Part shown: one piece after another, positions 28,413 through 38,105 of the stretch
Numbering within the stretch: position 1 is the stretch's first letter
How the letters are laid out: every line of letters begins with the position of its first letter
DNA from: a bacterium
GTDB lineage: Bacteria; Eisenbacteria; RBG-16-71-46; CAIMUX01
Length of the DNA: 64,000 bases
NCBI GenBank assembly: GCA_030431975.1
Contig: JAUIHP010000001.1
Coordinates: 331,597-395,596, forward strand
Reading direction: 5' to 3'
Notes under the pieces: generated by a model
Databases searched by the model: none
The model's input: the letters and a program-made list of their open reading frames with translations, nothing else
Told to the model about the DNA's origin: nothing
Translations under genes and position numbers: made by a program

Positions 28413-29540
28413 TCAGCTTCGAGCCGAAGGCATGCGCTTCGACTCGGCGTCCGTGTCGGTATCGGTGTCTGCGTCCGTATCGAACCCTGACGCAGCATTC
28501 CACGCATCGCCCGACTCGTCGGCGAGACCCAGCGTCTCGGTCTCCCCTCCCCGGAACCACTCGGAAATGCGGTAGTTCGACTGGTCCCGGAAATGAAGGT
28601 AGAGCAGCAGCTCTCCAAGGAAGCCGAGAATGATGACCTGAACTCCCGCCGTAATCAGCAGAAGGGCCAGGAGCAGAAGTGGGCGCTCGGCCAACGCCTG
28701 GCCCAAAACCATCCGTTGGTAGGCCAGGACCAAACTCATCACGGCCCCGGACAAAAGCAGAATGAGTCCCAAAGCTCCGAAGGGGCGCAGAGGCTTCTGC
28801 GTAAAACGAACGAGGTAGGCCAGCGTCATCACGTCGAGAGCGCGGCGGCCGAAGGTTGCCGGGCCGAAGAGCCTCAGGTTGGGAGTGGACGTGTCCGGAT
28901 CGACTTCGACCTGTCCGACCCGAAAGCCTTCCCGCGCGATGAGAATCGGGAGGAAGAGCTGGTTCTGTCCGTACCCGGAAAGAGCGGGGACGACGTAGCT
29001 GCGCATCCCGTGAAGTCCGCAGGCCAGATCGCGGAAGTGGATTCCGGTCGTCATCGCGATGAGCCCGTTGAACACCTTTCGGGCCATCCGATTGAAGCCG
29101 GACCGTGCGCCGCCACGGCGGGTGGCGATGACGTACTCCTCGTGGTCCAAACGCTCGGCGACGGTATCGATCCCTTCGGGAGTCACCTGCGGATAGGCCG
29201 GGTAGGTCACGATGCGCTGGCCACGCGCGACGGAGACTCCGGCCCGGATCGTGGCCACCTGGCCGAGAGCAGCGTGCAGTCGGACCAGCCGGACCCAGCT
29301 GAGATCCTGTGTCCGCTCCAGGAACCGGGCATGCAGTCCGCCAAGATGACCGTCGAGAGCGACGACGAGTTCGTGATCGTGCGAACGGGGCTCCAGGAAC
29401 TCCAGGAGCTGCTCGAGAATCGCCGGTGTGTGAACCACGTTCTCGGAACAGAAGAGTACGACCGAAACCGCCGGCGTGCCGGGTCTGGGAGATCGAGCGT
29501 CGGGGCTCGGGAGGGTCTTCCACTTCGTTTCGGTTGCCAT
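28413..29540 (-). CDS. GT2-like glycosyltransferase with C-terminal TM region
   Basis: 'VSVVLFCSEN...HELVVALDGH' GT2-like N-terminal half, C-terminal TM helices 'LGLILLLSGAVMSLVLAY...LLLALLLITAGVQVIILGFLGELL', acidic 'DTDADTDTDTDAE' tail. Confidence 0.6.
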   Translation of the reverse strand: MATETKWKTLPSPDARSPRPGTPAVSVVLFCSENVVHTPAILEQLLEFLEPRSHDHELVVALDGHLGGLHARFLERTQDLSWVRLVRLHAALGQVATIRAGVSVARGQRIVTYPAYPQVTPEGIDTVAERLDHEEYVIATRRGGARSGFNRMARKVFNGLIAMTTGIHFRDLACGLHGMRSYVVPALSGYGQNQLFLPILIAREGFRVGQVEVDPDTSTPNLRLFGPATFGRRALDVMTLAYLVRFTQKPLRPFGALGLILLLSGAVMSLVLAYQRMVLGQALAERPLLLLALLLITAGVQVIILGFLGELLLYLHFRDQSNYRISEWFRGGETETLGLADESGDAWNAASGFDTDADTDTDTDAESKRMPSARS

Positions 29541-29761
29541 GATCCGTCTACGGCGTTGCAGTCCTGGGTTCTACACGATCATCGGACCTTCGGCCCTGCT
29601 TCGGAACGGGAAGCCACTCCAAACGACAAAGATCGGACAGTCCCCCGGGATTCCATCCGGGGGAGGTCCTGTATAGCCGACAACTTCTCGTTTGATTGCC
29701 CTCGGGGTGGGTAACCCGTCCTCCGCAAGGGCTTGTCCCGGCCTCGATTCCGCCGGGACGT

Positions 29762-29920
29762 CTAAAAGAGTGCGTAAATGAACGGCGCCAGAGCCGTGTT
29801 CTGCGTCAGGACGAGAAGCCCGCCGAAGAGCACCATGAAGAGAATGATGGGCAGCAGCCACCACTTCTTCCGTACCCGCATGAAACTCCAGATCTCGCCA
29901 AAGATGGTCAGCTTGCTCAT
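29762..29920 (-). CDS. DUF5989-family small membrane protein (52 aa)
   Basis: 'MSKLTIFGEIWSFMRVRKKWWLLPIILFMVLFGGLLVLTQNTALAPFIYALF*' is the family's signature; below the 60-aa ORF-track cutoff. Confidence 0.55.
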   Translation of the reverse strand: MSKLTIFGEIWSFMRVRKKWWLLPIILFMVLFGGLLVLTQNTALAPFIYALF

Positions 29921-30321
29921 CGAACCCTCGCGTCAGCATTGGTCGCATTGGTGATCTCAAACCCGAGATCTGGAGTATACCGCACGCACTTCAGATCCCG
30001 ACCGGGCCAATTGCACGAGCCGCCGGGCAGTTTGCAGGAGCTATGGAACCGAGGCGGCAAGCCGAACGCCGGGAAGGTGGAATCAGAGAGGAGGGGATAG
30101 TCGATCGATCAGAGCCCCCTGACCGTGACGCCCCCCTCCTCCCCTGGAGAAAGATGGGTACGAGTCAGCGGATTCTTCTGGCCTCGGGAGGGTGGGTCCC
30201 GAAGCGCCCCATGCCGCGCAACCCGTCTTTGGAATTGTCGCCCGAAATCGCCGTTTGATACAACGGAAAGCGGTCGTTGTGACCCGAGCGATGGGGGTTT
30301 TCGAGCGTTGGGCCCGACCGT

Positions 30322-31341
30322 TCATCGCTCTTCTTTGGGGCCGGCCTCTCTAGAGTAGATCTCCCGCACGACTTCCTCGATGTCCCGATCACTGACGTGG
30401 AGGTCAGTCACGGGGGCTTTGGCCATGACGAGCTGTAGGAGTTCCGGCGCCGATGTCCGGGCGGGATCGAACTCCAGACGCATCTTCTCGGGAGATCGTT
30501 CGAGCATCGTGACGCCGCTCGGAAGATCGATGACGGCCTCTTCTTTTTCTGACGAACTCGGGTCGATCTGGAGACTGAGAATCCGTCGATGGCCGAAGAT
30601 CCGGCGCAGCGACTCGACCGTCCCGTCATGCAGGATCTGGCCGTGATCGATGACGATGACACGGCTGCACAGCCGCTCGATGTCATCGAGGTCGTGCGAA
30701 GTGAGGACGACCGTGGTTCCGGTCTCCGCGTTGACCTGTTGCAGAAAGTCGCGCACTTCCTTCTTTGCGAGCACATCGAGTCCGATGGTCGGCTCATCGA
30801 GAAAGAGGAGTTCGGGGCTGTGTAGAACGGCGGCGGCGATCTCACATCGCATTCGTTGCCCGAGACTGAGTTTTCGCACCGGAACGTCGAGAAACGACTC
30901 GAGATCGAGTCGCCCCGACAGGTCCTCGAAACGCTGACGAAACGCATCCGGCGCGATGCGGTAAACCCGGGATAAGAGGGAGAACGACTCGACGACCGGC
31001 AGGTCCCACCAAAGCTGAGTCCGTTGGCCGAAGACGACTCCCATCTGAAACGCGTTCTCGGTTCGGTGTCGTTGCGGATCTCGTCCCAACACCGAAAGTT
31101 CTCCTGAAGTCGGCCGCAGGATACCGACCAGCGACTTCACCGTGGTCGACTTGCCGGCGCCGTTTGGACCGACATACCCAACGAACTCACCGGGCTTGAT
31201 ATCGAACGAAATGTTGTCGACCGCCCGAACGGTCCGGGCTTCGTTGGAGAAGAGATTGCGGGCAGCGCCGACCAGTCCGCGTCGATGACCGAGGACGCGG
31301 AACTCTTTGGTCAGTCCACGCACTTTGACGATGGGACGCAT
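30322..31341 (-). CDS. ABC transporter ATP-binding protein (ABC-2 exporter type)
   Basis: Walker A 'GPNGAGKSTT', signature 'LSLGQRMR', Walker B 'LLFLDEPT', H-loop 'TSHD'; start ATG 31341. Confidence 0.85.
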   Translation of the reverse strand: MRPIVKVRGLTKEFRVLGHRRGLVGAARNLFSNEARTVRAVDNISFDIKPGEFVGYVGPNGAGKSTTVKSLVGILRPTSGELSVLGRDPQRHRTENAFQMGVVFGQRTQLWWDLPVVESFSLLSRVYRIAPDAFRQRFEDLSGRLDLESFLDVPVRKLSLGQRMRCEIAAAVLHSPELLFLDEPTIGLDVLAKKEVRDFLQQVNAETGTTVVLTSHDLDDIERLCSRVIVIDHGQILHDGTVESLRRIFGHRRILSLQIDPSSSEKEEAVIDLPSGVTMLERSPEKMRLEFDPARTSAPELLQLVMAKAPVTDLHVSDRDIEEVVREIYSREAGPKEER

Positions 31342-31346
31342 CGTGA

Positions 31347-32093
31347 TCAGCTCCCGGTACTTTCGTAGTGACGAACACCGATCCGCCAGAAGCCGTATCC
31401 GACACCGGCGAACATGGCGGCAACGAACGGCGCCAACCATGGGAAGAACGCCGGAAACCCGAGAACGTCGGGCTTCCCGAGCACGGCAAGAGCGGGATAG
31501 TAGCTGACAAACCCGACAGGGATGACAAAGAGAAAGAGCGTTCGGATCCACGGCCGATAGATGTTGATCGGATACTGCGCCATCTCGACTCCGCCGTAGG
31601 TAAAGGCGTTGAACATCTCCGTACTCTCGACGGTCCAGAAACACTGGGCGGCGGCTCCGACGAAGAGCGCCGCGAAGACGAGGATTCCGCTTACCAGACC
31701 GATGAGCACGAACGCCGCCGAGGCCGTGGTCCACGTCACGTCCAGGTTGACCAGGGCCAACACGAGGGCGCCGATGCCCTGAATCGTTCGTCCCAGGTAG
31801 AACAGTTTGATGTGCCGACCGAGCACCTGAAGAAGCGCAGGCACCGGACGAAGGAGAAGTCCGTCGAAACGTCCGCTCCGCACGAGCTCCGGCATCTCTT
31901 TGAGCCCGGAGGTCAGAAGTTCTGCGATTCCCAGTGACGAGCTGGCCGTTCCGTAGAGGTAGACGACTTCCCACCGGGTCCAGCCGCCGATCGCGTTCAC
32001 ATGCTGAAAGAGAAAGAAGACGGCGACGAGTTCGAGGCCGGTGATGAGCATGCGCCCGACAACCTCGAGGAGGAAGGAGCGGCGATAGACCAT
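31347..32093 (-). CDS. ABC-2 family transporter permease
   Basis: Six predicted TM segments, ABC-2 permease-like; start ATG 32093 'MVYRRSFLLEVVGRML'. Confidence 0.65.
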   Translation of the reverse strand: MVYRRSFLLEVVGRMLITGLELVAVFFLFQHVNAIGGWTRWEVVYLYGTASSSLGIAELLTSGLKEMPELVRSGRFDGLLLRPVPALLQVLGRHIKLFYLGRTIQGIGALVLALVNLDVTWTTASAAFVLIGLVSGILVFAALFVGAAAQCFWTVESTEMFNAFTYGGVEMAQYPINIYRPWIRTLFLFVIPVGFVSYYPALAVLGKPDVLGFPAFFPWLAPFVAAMFAGVGYGFWRIGVRHYESTGS

Positions 32094-32235
32094 TTGCTCC
32101 CGGACAGAAGCCGAGACGAGGCGGCCGAAAACATCGAGCCTATGCCCGAGCCTGTCGCCGAGCTCAAGGCTGTGCCTGTCGCGCCCGGAGGCGGACGCGT
32201 TGCTGGCCGGCTTGATGGCGTCCCGCTCCCCCAAC

Positions 32236-33069
32236 TCACCCTCCCTGGATGATCAGCACTTTGGTCCCTCGCCGAAACATCCACTCGGTGAGGATGAGCA
32301 GGAGAAGCAGCCAGACAAGTTGGGCGCCAATCGCGGTCCACACGCTCCCGGACACCTCCCCGATGTAGATCCGCGTCGGCGTGTAGAGCGAGTGCTCGAA
32401 GGGAAGAAACGCTGATATCCGTCGGGCCCATTCGGGGAAGAACGCGATCGGCAGTAGCAGTCCGGAAAAAAGATTGGCGAAGCCGGAGACCAGGAAACGA
32501 ACTCCGCGCTCCGACCCGAACCAGAAGCTGCTGAGCTCCACGAGAATCAGGATCAGGTTGCCCAGTGCCGCAGCCAGTGCGATCGAGATTAGGAAGGGCA
32601 GCAGTGCCCAGGGGTCGGCCGGGGGTTTCAGGAAACCGAAGAGCGCCCCTACCGCCCCCACCGGTATCGCCCGCACCAGCACGTAGTAGGCGCTGATGCC
32701 GAGGCGCTGGCTCAGCTGCACCGCGACGTAGGGAACCGGACGAATCAGGTCCATGGCGACCTGGCCGGTCCGTACGGACTCCGCGATTCCGATCCGCCCC
32801 CACTGCGGACTGACCATGAGGAGGGCCTGGGTCACGGTGACGTAAGTCGTCACTTGTCCGACGTCGTAACCGGCGATCTCGTCCCGAAACTCGTAGCAGG
32901 CCATCAGGGCATAGGTCCGGAAGAGGAGAAAGAAGACGTTCGTGAACAGTCCCGACCAGTTGGCAAACCGGTAGGCCAGCTGCCGTTTGAAGGCGACGGC
33001 GCCGAATGCCAGGCTGGCGTCGAGCCAGGCCCATCGCGCTCCGAGACCGTTCACGGCGCCCCCCTTCAA
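32236..33069 (-). CDS. ABC-2 family transporter permease (second subunit)
   Basis: Multiple TM helices, 'FKRQLAYRFANWSGLF' N-terminal region typical of ABC-2 permeases; start uncertain (TTG 33069 or GTG 33054); the track ORF extends to 33342. Confidence 0.6.
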   Translation of the reverse strand: MKGGAVNGLGARWAWLDASLAFGAVAFKRQLAYRFANWSGLFTNVFFLLFRTYALMACYEFRDEIAGYDVGQVTTYVTVTQALLMVSPQWGRIGIAESVRTGQVAMDLIRPVPYVAVQLSQRLGISAYYVLVRAIPVGAVGALFGFLKPPADPWALLPFLISIALAAALGNLILILVELSSFWFGSERGVRFLVSGFANLFSGLLLPIAFFPEWARRISAFLPFEHSLYTPTRIYIGEVSGSVWTAIGAQLVWLLLLLILTEWMFRRGTKVLIIQGG

Positions 33070-33351
33070 ATCCAGTAACGGGTTGTCCTTCAGTGGTTTC
33101 GGGCCGTCTCCGCGCGGGTCCCCGGACTTTGGCCGCTGGGGAGCATAGCCGATTCTGAAGCCGAGGGCTCCACCCGGCCAGTCCCGGGAGGTGATTGGCA
33201 GCACAGGGCCCGGTGGTGCCGGCGTCCCCACCGGCATCGCGGGCGTTGGACGAGCGACGCCCCCATCTGCCCAGGATGAAGTTTCCGTGACGGGATCCGG
33301 CCGGAACGTGCGCATCCCTGAGTGAAGAGCCCAACGAGACACTCAGCAGGA

Positions 33352-33954
33352 ATGAAGGACCGGAGGCCCCAAATGCAGACCCTCGACAACAACTCGATCA
33401 TCTGTGGAATCGGTTCCGGAGCGCACGTCAATGGAGAGGCACGGGCACGCGCCTTTGCCCGGATCGAAGCGGAAATGGACGGAGAGCGGCTGTCCGGAAG
33501 AGGCAGCACGTCACGCATCATGTGGACGGCCGCCCTCTTCTTGCTGGTCGCCGGCATGACCCTTCTCCTGACCGGCGCACCCGCGCTGGACTTCGCCCAG
33601 ATTCTCGGAGACGAAACGACCTTGGTTCGCCGGGCGGGACTCCCATTCGCCGATTCCGGCCTGGTCGTCTTCCTGCTGGCTTCGGGTGTGGCCTACATCG
33701 GCCTGATTGGTGCGCTATCACTGCGACTGCCGATGTCAGCGCGGAGAGGAATCATCCGCGCCGCGGTCGGCAAAGCCGCATGGTTCCACATCATCGTCCT
33801 CCCATTGCTCGCCGCCGGTCGGGAAATCAGCGCACCTGCAGTCGCCGCGGTTTTCGCGATTCTCGTCCTGGTAGACCACATCGTTCTGCCGATCGGCAAC
33901 ACGTCGGGGTCCGAGGCGGGTATGGGCGGACGGAAGGTCCACTCCGCGCAGTAG
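33352..33954 (+). CDS. hypothetical membrane protein
   Basis: Four hydrophobic segments; divergent from ABC operon; start ambiguous (ATG 33352 or 33373). Confidence 0.35.
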   Translation: MKDRRPQMQTLDNNSIICGIGSGAHVNGEARARAFARIEAEMDGERLSGRGSTSRIMWTAALFLLVAGMTLLLTGAPALDFAQILGDETTLVRRAGLPFADSGLVVFLLASGVAYIGLIGALSLRLPMSARRGIIRAAVGKAAWFHIIVLPLLAAGREISAPAVAAVFAILVLVDHIVLPIGNTSGSEAGMGGRKVHSAQ

Positions 33955-34144
33955 AGGACTCACTTCCGCGACGGAGGCTCAACCCTGGGACGCGGGCTCT
34001 TCGTTGCATACCGAACCCTTGCGTGAGAATGTTTCGGGACGAAATCAGCGACGGCATGGGCCACCTCTACTCCTGAGTTTGAGCTCGATGCACCCAAGCA
34101 CAGCCAGGCAGTAGCGCGGCCGACCCGGCAACCAGGACCGACGG

Positions 34145-34888
34145 ATGACCGAAACGTTTCCCGAGTACCCGAAGACACGGCCTCCTCTCCCGGAGGCCAT
34201 TCAGCGTATCTACAAAGCCCACTACCAGGAGAACCGTTCCGGCGGCTCGCCGGCGTCTTCCATGGCTCAACGCATGGAGGCCTGGTTGCATCACCAGGTC
34301 GCGGCGGACCTGCAGACGGTGGCCGACGCGTCGCAACTACGCACCTTGGAAGTCGGGGCGGGTAATCTCAATCAGTTGGCATACGAGCCGCCGTCGTCGG
34401 CCTACGACATCATCGAACCCTTTGACGAGTTGTACGCCGGGTCGAGTCTGTTGAGCCGCGTTCGTTCCGTTTTCCGCGACATTCGGGAGGTCCCCGAGGA
34501 CGCCCGCTACGACCGCATCACTTCGGTGGCGACCTTCGAGCACATCTGCGACCTGCCCGTTGTCGTTGCCCGTGCAGGATTGCTGCTCGAAGAAGGCGGG
34601 ACGCTCCGCACCTCGATTCCCAGTGAAGGCACGTTCCTTTGGACACTGGGTTGGCAACTGACGACCGGACTGGAATTCCGCGTCCGACACGGACTCGACT
34701 ACGGAACTTTGATGCGCCACGAGCATGTGAACAACGCCGCGGAGATCGAAAGAGTGCTCGACCATTTCTTTCGTTCCCGGCGCTGCCGCGTCTTCGGCCT
34801 CAGTCGCGGGATCTCGCTCTACCGGTTCTACGAGCATTCCGATCCGGACCGGGATCGCTGCCGCACCTACCTGGAATCACTCGCGTGA
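34145..34888 (+). CDS. class I SAM-dependent methyltransferase
   Basis: Motif I 'LEVGAGNLNQ', post-I acidic 'YDIIEP', motif II 'ITSVATFEH'. Confidence 0.65.
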   Translation: MTETFPEYPKTRPPLPEAIQRIYKAHYQENRSGGSPASSMAQRMEAWLHHQVAADLQTVADASQLRTLEVGAGNLNQLAYEPPSSAYDIIEPFDELYAGSSLLSRVRSVFRDIREVPEDARYDRITSVATFEHICDLPVVVARAGLLLEEGGTLRTSIPSEGTFLWTLGWQLTTGLEFRVRHGLDYGTLMRHEHVNNAAEIERVLDHFFRSRRCRVFGLSRGISLYRFYEHSDPDRDRCRTYLESLA

Positions 34889-37686
34889 ATCCGACTTTGG
34901 CTCGTCGCGCGCATTGGATCCGCCGGGACACGATCCTGTGGAATCCGCGCGTCGACGGCGTGGCGTTTCACGATCTGCAGGTCGAGCTTCTCCTCTTCAT
35001 GGATGGCGGATGGCCGGGAGAAGGCACGGTGGAACACGGATCGGCCAATGGCGGCGGATCGGCTGACTCGAAGTCCGGGCCCGGAAGACCGTCGAATGTC
35101 GATTCGGACCCAGGCCACGGTAGCGAGCCGGCACCGCAACCCGCGGGAACGCCTGTCGCGACGTTAACCCTGGTTGAAAACGGCGCAGACGAAGAAACTC
35201 GGGCGCGCTTTCCCCACCTGGCTTCGCTCGCAGCCTGGAAACTGTCGGACTGGCGCAAGGAATGGCTGCGTGGACAGCTCGTCGTACGGGCGACGCTCAA
35301 GACCAACGATGCCGTTTCGGATTCGACAGGGGTGCAGATTGCGGGTGTGCTCGACGACCTGTTCACGTACCGGGGTCCGCTGGGGCTGCATTGGTCTGAC
35401 GATCGCCCTCTCCTTTACCTTTGGGCTCCGACTGCGCAGCAGGTTTCGTTGCGAGTCTTCGATGGACCGGATGGCGCTCCGGAATCCGGGCGTTCCATCC
35501 CCATGTACCGCGGCCTTCCTCCGGAAGACGGAACAAAACCCGTCGAGCTGGGTCGTCGTAGTGACAGCCCGTTTCAGAAACTCGTCGGAGAGCCCGGCTG
35601 GGACGCCGTTTGGGCGGTCGAAGGCGATCCCTCGTGGAGGAATCAGTACTTTGTTCTCGAAGTGAAGGTCTACGCGCCGGAAACGGGTCGTGTAGAGACA
35701 AACTTCGTGACCGATCCATACTCACGCAGCCTCTCGACCGACAGCATGAAGAGCCAGTTCGTCGACTTGAATGACGAGGACCTGGCCCCTGCCGGTTGGC
35801 GCGACCACCGATCCCCGCAGCTCGATTCGTTCCACGACATCGTCCTGTACGAACTCCACGTGCGTGATTTCAGCGCGCGGGACGAGTCGACTCCGGAGGA
35901 TCTTCGTGGGACCTTTCTCGCCTTCACTGCGGACAGCGTCCCGACGAGACACTTGCGTTCGTTGGCCCAGGCCGGGGTGACGCACCTTCATCTCCTGCCG
36001 ATCTTCGACATCGCGACCATACCCGCGGATCGATCGAGTTGGCCGGCGACGGCAAGCTTCGAGAACATCGCGCCGGATTCCGAGGAACCACAGAAGCGGC
36101 TCGAACGACATCGGCACACAGACGGGTTCAACTGGGGCTATGACCCGTTCCACTATGGTGTTCCTGAAGGGAGCTATTGCCTCGACCCGTCGGGACGCTC
36201 CCGCGTCCTCGAGTGCCGACGCATGGTCGATGCTGTTCACGGAATGGGACTGCGCGTCATCCTCGACGTCGTCTACAACCATTCCTACGCGGCCGGGCAG
36301 GACGAACAGTCCGTCCTCGACCGCATCGTTCCCGGCTACTACTACCGTTTGGACGCGGACGGCGAAACCGAGACCAGCACGTGCTGTCCAAACATCGCCA
36401 GCGAACATGCGATGGTCGAGCGGTTGATTGGGGACGACCTCGAGCACTGGGCCCGGCACTTCAAGGTCGACGGATTTCGTTTCGACCTGATGGGCCACCA
36501 CATGAAGCACAACGTCGAGCGTTGGCGCGATCGGCTGCGCGCTCTGCGAGTCGAGACGGACGGAGTAGACGGCGAACAGCTCTTTCTCTACGGAGAGGGT
36601 TGGGACTTCGGCGAGGTCCAGGGCGGGGCTCGTGGGCCGAACGCCACACAGTGGAACATGGCGGGAACGGGCGTCGGAACGTTCAACGACCGGTTGCGTG
36701 ACGCGCTTCGGGGTGGCGGCGTTACCGGAGACATTCGGGAACCAGGCTTCATCACCGGGCTCCACGTGGACCCGGGGTTTCGTTGGACGGAGGACGCAGC
36801 CCAGGAACGGGCCGTATTGCTCGCGCACATGGACAAGATCCGGAGCGGACTCGCCGGAAACCTCGCGGACTTTTCGTTCATCGACCGCGACGGAGAAACG
36901 CGGCCTTCGCGGGAATCGGCCCACGCCTACGCATCGAGTCCTCTCGAATCCATTCAGTATGTTTCGGCGCACGACAACGAAACGTTGTTCGACAAGGTTC
37001 TTCTTTCGTCGCCGGAAGGTGCCGACCGTACCGACCGGTTGCGCATGCATCGACTCGGGCTCGCCGCCATTGCGCTGGCGCAGGGTGTTCCGTTCTTCCA
37101 CGCCGGCTCGGAGATCCTGCGGTCCAAGAGTCTCGATCGCGACAGCTACGACTCGGGTGATTGGTTCAACCGGTTGGACTTCACGATGAAGTGGCATGCC
37201 TTCGGTCGTGGTCTGCCCCCGGCGGAGAAGAACGAGCCCAACTGGGAACTACAGCGTCCTCTTCTTCAGCGAACTGACCTGCGACCCAACGAGGACGAGA
37301 TGCGAGAGACGCGCGACTACTTCTTCACTTTGTTGGAGATTCGACGCAGCTCTCCCCTCTTCCGTTTGCGTTCTCTGGACGATGTGCAGCGGCGGGTGAA
37401 GTTTCACAACACAGGACCCGATGCGATTGCCGGGCTTGTCGCGATGAGTCTCTCGGACGAAGAGGACAAAGTCTTGGACTCGAAAAGGAAGGGGATGGTC
37501 GTGCTCTTCAACTCGTGTCCAGCCCCCCTCGAGTTCACGCTCTCACGGTTGGTCGGCAGGGAGCTCGAGATCGAGCCGCGCCTGCTTGCCGCTGACCGTG
37601 CTCTGAAGGATGCCTCCTTTGACGGCGGAACCGGGGCATTTCACGTGTCGGGTCGGTCGACCACCATCTTCTTCGAGGCTCGGTGA
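34885..37686 (+). CDS. pulA: pullulanase-type alpha-1,6-glucosidase (GH13)
   Basis: GH13 regions 'VILDVVYNHS', 'GFRFDLMGHH', 'YGEGWDFGE', 'YVSAHDNETLFD'; GTG 34885 overlaps the upstream TGA (GTGA). Confidence 0.8.
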   Translation: MNPTLARRAHWIRRDTILWNPRVDGVAFHDLQVELLLFMDGGWPGEGTVEHGSANGGGSADSKSGPGRPSNVDSDPGHGSEPAPQPAGTPVATLTLVENGADEETRARFPHLASLAAWKLSDWRKEWLRGQLVVRATLKTNDAVSDSTGVQIAGVLDDLFTYRGPLGLHWSDDRPLLYLWAPTAQQVSLRVFDGPDGAPESGRSIPMYRGLPPEDGTKPVELGRRSDSPFQKLVGEPGWDAVWAVEGDPSWRNQYFVLEVKVYAPETGRVETNFVTDPYSRSLSTDSMKSQFVDLNDEDLAPAGWRDHRSPQLDSFHDIVLYELHVRDFSARDESTPEDLRGTFLAFTADSVPTRHLRSLAQAGVTHLHLLPIFDIATIPADRSSWPATASFENIAPDSEEPQKRLERHRHTDGFNWGYDPFHYGVPEGSYCLDPSGRSRVLECRRMVDAVHGMGLRVILDVVYNHSYAAGQDEQSVLDRIVPGYYYRLDADGETETSTCCPNIASEHAMVERLIGDDLEHWARHFKVDGFRFDLMGHHMKHNVERWRDRLRALRVETDGVDGEQLFLYGEGWDFGEVQGGARGPNATQWNMAGTGVGTFNDRLRDALRGGGVTGDIREPGFITGLHVDPGFRWTEDAAQERAVLLAHMDKIRSGLAGNLADFSFIDRDGETRPSRESAHAYASSPLESIQYVSAHDNETLFDKVLLSSPEGADRTDRLRMHRLGLAAIALAQGVPFFHAGSEILRSKSLDRDSYDSGDWFNRLDFTMKWHAFGRGLPPAEKNEPNWELQRPLLQRTDLRPNEDEMRETRDYFFTLLEIRRSSPLFRLRSLDDVQRRVKFHNTGPDAIAGLVAMSLSDEEDKVLDSKRKGMVVLFNSCPAPLEFTLSRLVGRELEIEPRLLAADRALKDASFDGGTGAFHVSGRSTTIFFEAR

Positions 37687-38105
37687 AAAGCCTACGGAGC
37701 TATCTTCCTTCCGCCAGTCGTAGGTTAGGAACCCGGCGTCCGCAATCTTCCGTCCACAACCTGCCCCTTTGGCCGAGGGTCCGCCGCGCCTCGGCATAGA
37801 CTCCCGCACAAACTGCGCATCAGCAGGCGCCAGCGCCGCGCCTGACGTTCGGCCATGGCTGACCTCGTGACGGGCGCGCACACCTGTGACCTTGCCGCCG
37901 CAGCTTTGGCGTTCCCACGGCGGGTGTCCCGGACCTGACCACTCTTCAGTCGCCGGTAAGTCCGGGTTTTCGCCAGAGACAGGCTCCTTTACGACAAGCA
38001 CTTAGCACTGCGGGACCCGTTCCTTGCCCGGTTGTCTGGTTGTGCGGCACGACTCCTGCTAGATCCAAGGGTGAACCGGAACCGGCACCGAAGGAGGTGA
38101 ACGCA

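Noticed and set aside
37543-38001. 152-aa minus-strand ORF in the pullulanase-OMP intergenic region
   Set aside because: It overlaps the pullulanase 3' end and has no RBS or motif. The region is more likely a non-coding spacer with possible terminator hairpins.
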